Shown here: in pieces, positions 18,175 through 26,783 of the stretch
Layout: every line of letters starts with the position of its first letter
How positions within the stretch are numbered: position 1 is the first letter of the stretch
Source of the DNA: Nitrososphaerota archaeon
Lineage (GTDB): Archaea; Thermoproteota; Nitrososphaeria; Conexivisphaerales; UBA164
DNA length: 64,000 nt
Reading direction: 5' to 3'
Assembly: GCA_023381255.1 (NCBI GenBank)
Contig: JAMCTX010000022.1
Location: 19,302-83,301, forward strand
Made by a program: the position numbers and the translations under genes
Notes under the pieces: model-generated
Database searches by the model: none
What the model was told of the DNA's origin: nothing
What the model saw: the letters and a program-made list of their open reading frames with translations, nothing else

Positions 18175-19149
18175 CGACTTTTATTTCAGGCTGTGGACCG
18201 TTATGAAACACATAAGTTACGCCGTTTTCCGTGTAAACTGCGAACTTGTTTCTTGGCAAGGAGTGTTCTACGATGCGCTCTTCTGGTTCGGTTATTTCTT
18301 CGCTGGTAGTTTGTTTTGCTTCGGTTGCCTGTTTTTCTTCAGCGACAGTTTGCTCCCCAGTTGTTTCTTTTTGTTCGTTTTCATGCTGGGGTTCGGCTTT
18401 CGATGCCTATTCTGGCTGTTTTGCTTCGGGTTTCTTTGTTTCGTTTTCCTCGACCTCTTTTGCGCCTACAACATATCTTTTCGGCTTTGTCATCCCGAAT
18501 TCACGCATTTTTGATGGGTCGAGTTTGACGCTTGTAAGCCACCTGTCAATTTCATAGACCTGCGTTGCTGAAGCCTGATACAAAAGAAATGCAAGAACAG
18601 CGTAATCCTTTTCCTCTGGTGTCATATCGTCCTTTAAGAGCTGGAAATGCGCCAGAGTTAGCGTTGTTTCGTTATTTAACTGCGTGTCCCATTCATACCA
18701 TTTCCGCAATTCTTCCACCGTGATTCTGTCGCGTAGTTGGGATGCCCTGAGTTTAAACTTGAAAGCAAGCCCTCTTCTGCCATTTCCTCAACAAGCGGAC
18801 TGTCCTGCCACACCAGCCAGATTTTGTCATAAACGGTAAGGTTTTTGCGCGCCTTTTCGGAGTTTTCCTCAATTATGATTTTTCGTTTTGTTTCCCTGTC
18901 TAGTTCCGCCGTAATTTCCGCCTTTATTGTTTCAGGCTTTCCTTTCGTTTCATAAAGATTCTTTATCGCGTAAAGCCTTCTCATCCCCACATAAACGTAG
19001 TATTTCCCGCCCTTTTCGTAAGCGAGAACCGGCTCAAGTTGCCCTACCGTTTCTATGCTTTTCATCAGGTCTTTAACGTCATAAATGATGCGGGATTGGG
19101 CTTCAGGGTCCGCCTCCGCTTTTCCGATTGGAATTTTCTGATAACTCAT
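18107..19149 (-). pseudogene. ParB/Srx-fold nuclease-like gene disrupted by one frameshift and one in-frame TAG
   Basis: The N-terminal ORF (18676-19149) has ...GQLEPVLAYEKGGKYYVYVGMRRLYAIK, a ParB-like GxxR box. Reading continues in another frame (18407-18718), and that frame is open upstream of its GTG. After TAG at 18407-18409 the same frame stays open for 99 more codons, to TGA at 18107-18109. GGTGA lies 8 nt before ATG 19149. Confidence 0.6.
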
Positions 19150-19156
19150 ATCAAAT

Positions 19157-19357
19157 TCACCCCAAGCTGGTTAACAACCATACGCAGTGCTTCTCTCGAG
19201 ATAGTGCTTGGCTTATTCCCTGGCTTGTTTCCTTTAGCTGCCAGTAATATTTTTCGTAAAGCTGGTTTGCCTTTGAAAGCAATCTGCATTTAAACAAGAA
19301 GTTGCTTGTCTGCGGGTAAAAGTAAATGATGTCGTTAAAACTTATATCGTTACGCAT
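19157..19357 (-). CDS. small hypothetical protein, possibly translationally coupled to the ParB-like gene
   Basis: 66 aa. Its stop (TGA) lies within the GGGGTGA that precedes the ParB-like ATG. No motif was recognised. Confidence 0.3.
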   Translation of the reverse strand: MRNDISFNDIIYFYPQTSNFLFKCRLLSKANQLYEKYYWQLKETSQGISQALSREKHCVWLLTSLG

Positions 19358-19563
19358 GGCGTTTAACTTATACTGGTATGTCAGTGAAAAAAGGTCGGTT
19401 GTCGTGTTCGAGTTTGAAGATGGGTTGATAAGGAAAGAGAGGGAGTATTACGATGACGTGCTATGGCTAGAATCAGGAGGAAAATCTTAGAAGCTGGAAA
19501 GAACATCTGAATCGCAAAAAGATATTACGCATCAGTTTGCAAGGATTTCTGCAGTGAAAATTT

Positions 19564-20328
19564 TTAGCTCACAATCAGCTCCCCGTACATTCCTGATTCG
19601 GCATGTCCCGGGTATTCGCATATATAGTAAAAGGTGCCGGGGTAAGCAAGCACGGTGTTGAAGGAGAACCCGTAAGCGGTGCCGCTCTGATAGCTGGCCG
19701 GAGGCAGCATGGGGCTGACCCCGAGCACGTTCATCATTACATCCATCATTGAGTAGTACGGATACGGCGGTGGCACGGGGGTTATGGCTATGTTGTGGTA
19801 GTCGTCCGGGTCCAGGTTTATGAGCGTGAACGTGACCGTCGCGCCCCTGGGAATCGCCAGCGTGGGGTTGACAAGCCCGTAAATCACAAAGACGTTTTCC
19901 GTTGCCGATGACGACGGCGGCATGTCCGTCAGGTTCACTGCCCTGCCCAGCTCAGAAGGGGTAACCATGGTGGCTATGGCAACTATATTCACGTTGGTTG
20001 AATTTAGCACGATCGTGTCATTCCCCGGGAATACCCTGGCGTATCCAGGAACATCATTCATCATGCTTATCGCTTTATTTATGGAAAACTCCTGGCTGTA
20101 TTCAGTGAGATATCCGTTGTAGTAACCCATCATATGGTATCCCATCATCCCTCCCGGGCCGCCTGCAAGGCCCAGCTGCCTGTTATAATAGCTGACCGAT
20201 TCATGCTCATACTCGAAGGGCAGGTATACCATGTACCAGGAGCTCGCTATAGCGCCTGCTGCTACAATAGCTATTATGATCGCAAGGGCAAAAGCCTTTT
20301 TCATAAATGACCCCTCGCCATGTGCCAA
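19564..20328 (-). CDS. membrane-anchored type-1 blue copper protein, sulfocyanin-like cupredoxin
   Basis: 254 aa with an N-terminal TM helix (AFALAIIIAIVAAGAIASSWYMVYL). Type-1 Cu ligand pattern: YHNIAI ... YYICEYPGHAESGMYGELIV (H...C-x4-H-x4-M). Confidence 0.8.
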   Translation of the reverse strand: MAHGEGSFMKKAFALAIIIAIVAAGAIASSWYMVYLPFEYEHESVSYYNRQLGLAGGPGGMMGYHMMGYYNGYLTEYSQEFSINKAISMMNDVPGYARVFPGNDTIVLNSTNVNIVAIATMVTPSELGRAVNLTDMPPSSSATENVFVIYGLVNPTLAIPRGATVTFTLINLDPDDYHNIAITPVPPPYPYYSMMDVMMNVLGVSPMLPPASYQSGTAYGFSFNTVLAYPGTFYYICEYPGHAESGMYGELIVS

Positions 20329-20337
20329 TTAAGCAAT

Positions 20338-20502
20338 TCAGTCAACCATTCTCGGGCCATTCTTGAGCCAGCACTCGGGATCCATACTAAACTCATCCCT
20401 GCATTTTTTGCTGCAAAAATAATATACACTATTATTATAGACGGCACGGTAAATCGCATTCTCGTCTACAAACATTCCGCAAACTGGATCAACAAAGTCC
20501 AT
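20338..20502 (-). CDS. small YHS/TRASH-domain metal-binding protein (54 aa; below the ORF-track size cut-off)
   Basis: Hand translation: MDFVDPVCGMFVDENAIYRAVYNNSVYYFCSKKCRDEFSMDPECWLKNGPRMVD*. Carries the DPVCGM...YYFCS..C..F signature of YHS domains. Confidence 0.7.
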   Translation of the reverse strand: MDFVDPVCGMFVDENAIYRAVYNNSVYYFCSKKCRDEFSMDPECWLKNGPRMVD

Positions 20503-20536
20503 AGAACAGTGTTATAAAACCGCATTTAAATTAATT

Positions 20537-20558
20537 GTTCTTAACATCTGTTAAGAAC
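20537..20558. promoter_or_regulatory. perfect 10-bp inverted repeat GTTCTTAACA-TC-TGTTAAGAAC in the divergent cop intergenic region (candidate operator)
   Basis: The two arms are exact reverse complements. The repeat abuts a TTTAAATTAA TATA-like element about 25-35 nt upstream of the minus-strand YHS gene start (20502). Confidence 0.4.
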
Positions 20559-20717
20559 CCGATTTTTGCGCACCACGCAATTTTTAACCCAACTTTGTAT
20601 CGCATTTACAGAATAGACCTTGGGCGTAATTGAATTATGATGCCGGTCAATATGTTTACAAACGTAAATAAAAATCTCTTTAACCTTCATGGCAACTAAT
20701 TAAAGCGGCGATAAAAT

Positions 20718-20867
20718 ATGGAATCTAAATTTAAGGATCCAGTTTGCGGGATGTCTGTGCAAGGTTCCGAATACAGGACATCGTTTAAAGGAAAAGAGTA
20801 TCTTTTCTGCAGCGCCAGTTGTAAACAGAAGTTTGATTTGAACCCTGATAAATATGTCAGACAATAA
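20718..20867 (+). CDS. small YHS/TRASH-domain metal-binding protein (49 aa; below the ORF-track size cut-off)
   Basis: Hand translation: MESKFKDPVCGMSVQGSEYRTSFKGKEYLFCSASCKQKFDLNPDKYVRQ*. Overlaps the next ORF start by 14 nt. Confidence 0.7.
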   Translation: MESKFKDPVCGMSVQGSEYRTSFKGKEYLFCSASCKQKFDLNPDKYVRQ

Positions 20868-21186
20868 GCGCACCCTCACCGTTAATTATGTTAGCCTGAC
20901 AGAAAGGGCAAAAGAGGAATTAAACAGGCTAAACGAGAGTGCCCTGATAGTGAGGCTAAGGTATAAAAGCGGTCCATGCGAAGATGACTGGTGCCCACTT
21001 GTACCCGAAGTCCTAGTTGAACCGTTCGCTGGCACACCGCCTTCGCAATACGTGCCTGCAAATGGTGACACGCATGTTTTCTTTTTCGATAAGGTTTACA
21101 AATCAATGGAACTTGAAAATAATGGAATTGTGGTGGATTACATTAAAGGGCATTTTACCCTTAAGGGCGCAGTATTCAGGTTGTAG
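20854..21186 (+). CDS. hypothetical protein with a CEDDWC cysteine pair, placed between the YHS protein and CopA
   Basis: 110 aa. The layout (short N-terminal strand/helix, ...RLRYKSGPCEDDWCP..., C-terminal ...VVDYIKGHFTL) loosely resembles HesB/IscA-like small scaffold proteins. The call rests mainly on operon position. Confidence 0.45.
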   Translation: MSDNKRTLTVNYVSLTERAKEELNRLNESALIVRLRYKSGPCEDDWCPLVPEVLVEPFAGTPPSQYVPANGDTHVFFFDKVYKSMELENNGIVVDYIKGHFTLKGAVFRL

Positions 21187-23319
21187 GTGCCAGAATTGGC
21201 CAAGGATCCAGTTTGTGGAATGTATGTGGATGAAAAGACAGCGGCCTATCAGTACACCTTAAATGGCTACACCTACTATTTTTGCAGCGAAAACTGCCTG
21301 AAACGGTTCGCCAAACCGCAAGTTGAACTGAAAAGGTTAAGGGAAACAATGATGCTTTCATGGATCCTTGCGCTGCCCATACTAGGCATAACCATAATAT
21401 ATTCATACTTGGGCTTGCGCATTTTTAATCTGACAACCTTTCAGGTTGACCTGCTTATGATGATCCTTGCAACCCCGGTGCAGTTTATAGGAGGTTGGAG
21501 GTTTTACAAGGGAACATGGAGCGCAATAAGAAACAGGATGGGAAACATGGATACTGAGATAGCCCTGGGCACTACTGTGGCTTGGGGGTTCAGCGTAATT
21601 GCGACATTCTTCCCCTCTTCAATTTCTAGCCTTGGGGGGTCAAGGCTTGTTTTTTTTGACACGTCCAGCCTCATAATAGCGTTAATACTTACAGGAAACA
21701 TGCTGGAGCATTTGATGAAAGCCAGAGCCTCAGCCGCAGTCAGGAAGCTAATGGACATCCAGCCATCAACAGCCACAGTTGTAAAAAATGGCAAAGAGTC
21801 GGAGGTACCCATTGAAGAAGTTGTGGTTGGAGACGCTGTTGTTGTAAAGGCCGGGTCAAGAATACCAGTTGATGGCGTCATTACAGGTGGCCATTCATCA
21901 ATAGATGAGTCTATGGTTACCGGGGAAAGCGTTCCAGTTGACAAGGGGCCTGGTGATGGAGTAATAGGCGGCACGATAAACAGGTCAGGCTTGTTATATG
22001 TAAAGGCAGCAAAGGTGGGTCAGGACACAGTTCTTTCAAACATAATCAGGTTAGTGGAAGAAGCGCAGGCTGGCAGGGCCCCTATCCAGAGGTTTGCCGA
22101 CAGAATATCGTCTTATTTTGTGCCGTCTGTGCTTGGCATAGCATTCATTTCATCCCTGATCTGGTACTTTTTGATTCCCTCCACGTCATTTGGCATAGCC
22201 TTCCCCATACTGGTCTTCATAACGGTCGTAATAATTGCCTGCCCGTGCGCCCTCGGCATAGCAACACCGGCAGCATTGATGGTTGGGACATCCAAGGGAG
22301 CTGAGAACGGGATTCTGATCAAGGGTGGAGAAAACTTGGAAATTGCTGGGAAAGTAAATACAGTTGTGTTCGACAAGACAGGCACGCTGACAATTGGCAA
22401 GCCGGTTGTTACAGATGTTATAGACATAAAGGGCGATACCCTGTCATTGGCAGCATCAGTTGAAAGTGTATCAGACCACCCGCTTGCAAAAGCCATAGTC
22501 AATGAAGCCTTGCTCAGAAAAGCCAAACTGCACAGGCCGGCATCTTTTCAAGAAACCGCGGGAATGGGCGTCATGGGGGTGGTTAACGGCCATAATGTTT
22601 CTGTAGGCAGCCCGAGGCAGTTCAAGGATTTACCAGCATCAGTCAGTTCGTCAATAGATAAGCTGGAGAATGAAGGAAAAACAGTGGCAATCATATCAAG
22701 CGACAACTTAATAGCTGGGCTGATAGGGTTGGCCGACAGGCCAAAGGCTGATGCGGCAAAGGCTGTGGAATTGCTGCACAAGTTAAAAGTGGAAACTGTT
22801 ATGATAACGGGAGATAATGAAAGGGTCGCAGCGATGATAGCCAGGGAACTCAACATAGACAGGTATATGGCAAATGTGCTGCCTGAAGGGAAGTCGGAAA
22901 TCGTAAAAAAGCTGAGGGCTGAGGGCAAGGTAGTGGCAATGGTGGGGGACGGCATAAACGATGCCCCAGCGCTGGCTGCGGCCAACATAGGCATAGCAAT
23001 AGGAAGTGGCACTGATGTTGCAGTTGAAACTGCTGGAATAGTGCTCATAAAGGATAACCTGATAAATGTGCCAACTGCCATAAACTTGAGCAGGGCCACG
23101 TTAAGGAAAATAAAGCAGAACCTGATGTGGGCCTTTGGTTACAACAGTGCCCTGATCCCGATTGGGGCAGGAGCTCTCATACCTGTATTTGGGCTAAACA
23201 TATATCTGTTCCTTCCAATACTTGCTGGCCTTGCAATGGCACTCAGTTCCACGTCTGTGGTTACTAATTCTCTTTTTCTACGCAGGTTCAAGCCGTTCAA
23301 TGTTGTGCTGGGGAGGTAG
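21187..23319 (+). CDS. copA: Cu(I)-translocating P1B-type ATPase with an N-terminal YHS/TRASH domain instead of an HMA domain
   Basis: 710 aa. N-terminus KDPVCGMYVDEKTAAYQYTLNGYTYYFCSENCLKRF; transmembrane CPC (ACPCALGIATP); DKTGTLT; MITGDN; GDGINDAPAL. GTG start directly after the upstream stop. Confidence 0.9.
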   Translation: MPELAKDPVCGMYVDEKTAAYQYTLNGYTYYFCSENCLKRFAKPQVELKRLRETMMLSWILALPILGITIIYSYLGLRIFNLTTFQVDLLMMILATPVQFIGGWRFYKGTWSAIRNRMGNMDTEIALGTTVAWGFSVIATFFPSSISSLGGSRLVFFDTSSLIIALILTGNMLEHLMKARASAAVRKLMDIQPSTATVVKNGKESEVPIEEVVVGDAVVVKAGSRIPVDGVITGGHSSIDESMVTGESVPVDKGPGDGVIGGTINRSGLLYVKAAKVGQDTVLSNIIRLVEEAQAGRAPIQRFADRISSYFVPSVLGIAFISSLIWYFLIPSTSFGIAFPILVFITVVIIACPCALGIATPAALMVGTSKGAENGILIKGGENLEIAGKVNTVVFDKTGTLTIGKPVVTDVIDIKGDTLSLAASVESVSDHPLAKAIVNEALLRKAKLHRPASFQETAGMGVMGVVNGHNVSVGSPRQFKDLPASVSSSIDKLENEGKTVAIISSDNLIAGLIGLADRPKADAAKAVELLHKLKVETVMITGDNERVAAMIARELNIDRYMANVLPEGKSEIVKKLRAEGKVVAMVGDGINDAPALAAANIGIAIGSGTDVAVETAGIVLIKDNLINVPTAINLSRATLRKIKQNLMWAFGYNSALIPIGAGALIPVFGLNIYLFLPILAGLAMALSSTSVVTNSLFLRRFKPFNVVLGR

Positions 23320-23876
23320 CTGTACAAGGGGACCAGCGCGATGAATGATGAGGCCATAATTTGGGAATGTGCGGACCCGGGCCAGACTACTTGAATATCT
23401 CACGCGATAAGCTTGTTCTAGGCCTTTGCAGCCAGCTTTCCCACCGCTCATGCCATTTACCACTTATCCCGCGCCCAATTTTTCCATTTCTTAGACTGAG
23501 GAATAATGTCAGGGCGTTGAGGGACAGGCCCGATGAGCTTGGATAAGTGCATGTTATTGGCACGCTGCCTGTGTCGCTGATTGTCCCGCTTGAAGGCGAT
23601 GGCGTTGCGCCCTGCTGCAGCTGCAGTTACTTTATCTTTCATATCCTTTGTTTGGTTAAGCGGGAAATTTTCCGCGAAGGTTTCAAACGGTAGTAGTATC
23701 GGCAACGCATAACGGGACAGAAGCTAACCATGTAACCCCTGATGTCACCAGTTATAGGGTTGGTATAACGCATATCATTGCGTATCAATGACGTAGCACG
23801 TAAGGCCGTTATGTATAAGTTTATATATAAAAAGCAAGGAATAAAATATTTATACAAAAAATTATCATTAATTTTT

Positions 23877-25286
23877 ATGAAAGTCCCCAGCTGCAAGTTT
23901 ATGCTAATTTGGACCTTTAGTTGGGCAGTTGCATTAACCGCAATAATTCCTGTAATAAATTATGTGACCCCCCTGCTCAATCCGTCGTATAACAATGTTT
24001 ACACGCCTGATGTATTTTGGCGGCTTGTGCTTTACTGGCACGGCGCAATCTTCATACCGTTGATAACTTCACTTGCAGTTCTCATGTGCTCCATTTTTGG
24101 CCTTTATGACATAAAAGGATGGCCAGGTGCTCTTATAAGGGATTCAGTTTTTATTGGCGGGGTAGTAGCGGTTCCTTTGGCCGGGATAGCTGGAATATTT
24201 GATGTTTACGACAGGTTTGCATTTGGGTTACCCCTGTGGTCGCAGATAGCTGCATTTCTTATAGGCGACGAAATGGCGGTTGCTCTTATAGTTGCATTTC
24301 TGTCGAAGGTTGGAAAAAGCAACAGGCTAAATTCAGCGGTTAGTGCCTTTATGGGGTTTGCTGTATTCCTGACTTTGATCTCTGCTTTCATGGGACACAT
24401 TGCGGGCTGGATAACCTGGTTTGGGCCTTGGCCCAGCTTTGCAAGTTCATACATAAACCAGACAATGTACCCTGTGCTTGGCTTTTACAACACTACGTCA
24501 GTGGCTACATTTACTGAAAATGTTGTTACCTCACATTCACACCTGATGCTCCCAGTAATAATGGCCGGGATCGTCGTGATGGTGGCAGCCGTGTACGGTT
24601 TCGGCTCAAGCTGGAAGGGGATTGAAAAAAGGCTCACCGTTGCCGGCATTGCTATCATGGCGCTCGCTATGTTAACCGCCGCGGTAATATACATAATTTC
24701 TGGCGTTGGTAACTACGTAATTCCCACGCTGTTTTCCTCCGGTCCAAATGGCGTAAATGGCCTGGCCATGGATGACTTGATTACAGGAATAATAGGGCTG
24801 GGCGCGCTGTTTGTGTTTGCTGCCCTTGTAATTAACAGGAGGAAAAATTTGGTCAGCGACCCGCTCTTTCTAAGCCTGATCGTCGGGTGGCTGCTCATAT
24901 ACCTTACAATACCGGTTACGGGGTACTGGATAGAATTTCATGAAGCCTTTTACGGTGCCGCGGGGGCGCTGCCCGGGGCCGCAGGAGCATTATTCGATGC
25001 CGCATACACGAGGTTCCACCAGGATTTTGCGTTTTTCCTGCTTCCTTCACTGGTAACCGCGATAATGGCGTTTGAAATATACGGCATATCTGGCAGGAAC
25101 AGAACAATAGTTGGGTACCTCTTTCTCTCTGGAGAAATTATAGCGTTTGTGTTTGGGGAGCTTTATTCATTGATTTTCCTGTCATTGCCATTTATCGTTG
25201 GTGCTGCATTTGGCCTAGCATTGATTATGGCGGGCGTGGTAATTGGCATAATCTACCTTCATAATGTGCGGGAAAATAATACATAA
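23877..25286 (+). CDS. polytopic integral membrane protein of unknown function with several intramembrane histidines
   Basis: At least 12 hydrophobic segments, with YWHGAIF, FMGHIAGW, TSHSHLMLP, EFHEAFYG and RFHQDF motifs. The start is taken at ATG 23877 (MKVPSCKF...). The track's 23778 start lies in AT-rich, promoter-like sequence. Confidence 0.55.
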   Translation: MKVPSCKFMLIWTFSWAVALTAIIPVINYVTPLLNPSYNNVYTPDVFWRLVLYWHGAIFIPLITSLAVLMCSIFGLYDIKGWPGALIRDSVFIGGVVAVPLAGIAGIFDVYDRFAFGLPLWSQIAAFLIGDEMAVALIVAFLSKVGKSNRLNSAVSAFMGFAVFLTLISAFMGHIAGWITWFGPWPSFASSYINQTMYPVLGFYNTTSVATFTENVVTSHSHLMLPVIMAGIVVMVAAVYGFGSSWKGIEKRLTVAGIAIMALAMLTAAVIYIISGVGNYVIPTLFSSGPNGVNGLAMDDLITGIIGLGALFVFAALVINRRKNLVSDPLFLSLIVGWLLIYLTIPVTGYWIEFHEAFYGAAGALPGAAGALFDAAYTRFHQDFAFFLLPSLVTAIMAFEIYGISGRNRTIVGYLFLSGEIIAFVFGELYSLIFLSLPFIVGAAFGLALIMAGVVIGIIYLHNVRENNT

Positions 25287-25319
25287 TTACCCAAGTTTTT
25301 AGCCGTTTTTATACACTAG
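25287..25319. repeat. left terminal inverted repeat of the IS
   Basis: A 33/33 match to the reverse complement of 26711-26743. Confidence 0.9.
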
Positions 25320-25447
25320 GTTCCTTATCTCTGACTGCTTTTTGGAGAGCTCTACAAGCGCATCCCGTTTCAGCCCGCTTTCCCTGTCAGTCAGCATAAC
25401 CCTGTACCCTGTTGACAGTGTTTCAAGAGCTTCCGTGCCTGATATGC

Positions 25448-26646
25448 TTACCCTGATATCCTGTATTCAAGCAGGGAAAGCATCGCATAGGCCATGTAGC
25501 ATATCCTGACATGGGCTTCAACATGGGACCTGAGCCAGACCCTCACCGGCCTCAGGGATATTATCCCCTTCATCTTCCTGAACGACCTTTCCACTGTGTC
25601 CTTTTCAAAGTACTTCCTGACAACATCTTTATCATTAATGTCTTTGTTGTGGTATATCAACGAATAGCCCAGCAGCTTTGCCGCATTTTCATCGGAATTG
25701 CTTTCATAGTAGTGTTCCCTCCTTATTGCTTCAAGGTACGGGTTGTACACCACTATCAGCCTTCCTTTCATGTAATCAATGGCCTTGCAGCAAACAGTGG
25801 TGTTCCGGAGCTTTACCATGTTTTTTCTTGCATATATAGAGCCCACGTCAAGCCTGTCAAGCATTGGCCTGAACGACCTGTCCTTTACCACGCCGCATAT
25901 CAGGTTAAGGGAGAGCACATCGTTGAGGTTCTTTTGCGAGTAAAAGCCCCTGTCCATTATCATCCCCTTATAGCCGCTCTTTTCAAGTGTTGCAAGCATG
26001 TCAGTAAACATCCTCTTTGATGGCACGTTTCCGCCATAAATCCTGTGAAAAATCTTGAACCCCTTCCTTTCGATTACTGCCATGGATATCTGGAGGAGCT
26101 TCCTAACCTTGCCGTCCTTGCCCCTCCTTGGCTCGTCCTCCATCGACTCCCCTTCAAAGTAGGTGCCGGTTACGTCTATTATGAGCGATTTCATTTCTTC
26201 ATTCTCAATTGCCCTTTCCCTGATTGCCCCCTCAACCCTGGTGAAGTCCATTGCCCCAAGCTCCTCCAGCGCATCATACAGCTGGACAGTGGTTATCCTG
26301 TCTATGCCGAGAGTTTCAAGCACATCAGTTCCTTTAAGCCACTCCTCCATCCTGTTTATGCTTGGCCTTTCAAGCAGCTGGGAGTAAACCATAACCATTG
26401 CCTCCTTTGGCACGAATCCTTTATCCCAAGGTCAGAGGCTAGTTTGTCAATTATTTCGACATCAAGGTGCTTCCTCACCTCAGTTACAGGTATGCTACTG
26501 TTTGTCACCTTCTTCACAGGCTTGCCCTCAACTTCCTTGCCCAGGTATTTTATCACGTGCTGCCTGGGCTTGCCATTCTCCCACCTGGACTCAACCAGTG
26601 CAAGGTAAATTCCCGAAGGCTTCTTTATGCGCCTTATGAATACCAT
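25448..26646 (-). pseudogene. IS transposase split into two frames by a single frameshift near 26415-26430
   Basis: The N-terminal frame begins MVFIRRIKKPSGIYLALVESRWENGKPRQHVIKYLGKE. The catalytic frame has IIDVTGTYFEG, MDRGFYS and TVERSFRKMKG. The 1199-nt span is not a multiple of 3. Confidence 0.75.
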
Positions 26647-26710
26647 AGTGTATACACTATGCCAATAAACATGGTGCTTAATGCATTTGAACGAAACGGT
26701 CAAATAATTT

Positions 26711-26743
26711 CTAGTGTATAAAAACGGCTAAAAACTTGGGTAA
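26711..26743. repeat. right terminal inverted repeat of the IS
   Basis: A 33/33 match to the reverse complement of 25287-25319. Confidence 0.9.
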
Positions 26744-26783
26744 TTTCATAATATTTAGTTTTTAGAAGCCCCTTAAGGCCTAA

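Larger units (their letters stand above)
25287..26743 (-). mobile_element. insertion sequence (IS1634/IS4-like DDE transposase) with perfect 33-bp terminal inverted repeats
   Basis: TTACCCAAGTTTTTAGCCGTTTTTATACACTAG at 25287-25319 is the exact reverse complement of 26711-26743. The repeats enclose the transposase frames. The element starts immediately after the TAA stop of the membrane-protein gene. Confidence 0.85.

Noticed and set aside
18407-18409. The in-frame TAG of the ParB-like gene read as pyrrolysine or genome-wide recoding
   Set aside because: TAG is used as an ordinary stop in this window (for example lysJ at 4021-4023, the second ligase at 6553-6555, and the deaminase at 15012-15014). 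No Pyl machinery is seen. A nonsense mutation is the simpler reading.
18116-18557. Three overlapping plus-strand ORFs (70-132 aa) rich in F/C/L
   Set aside because: These are low-complexity antisense shadows of the E/K/T-rich minus-strand ParB-like coding sequence. The minus frame gives a far more protein-like translation.
20320-20517. 65-aa plus-strand ORF in the cop intergenic region
   Set aside because: It is the antisense shadow of the 54-aa YHS-domain gene on the minus strand, which carries a clear domain signature.
23457-23705. 82-aa minus-strand ORF in the 460-bp gap after copA (…KRDNQRHRQRANNMHLSKLIG…KKWKNWARDKW)
   Set aside because: It might be a fragment of a mobile-element or DNA-binding gene, but I recognise no motif and the flanking frames are closed. 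The evidence is insufficient to call a feature.
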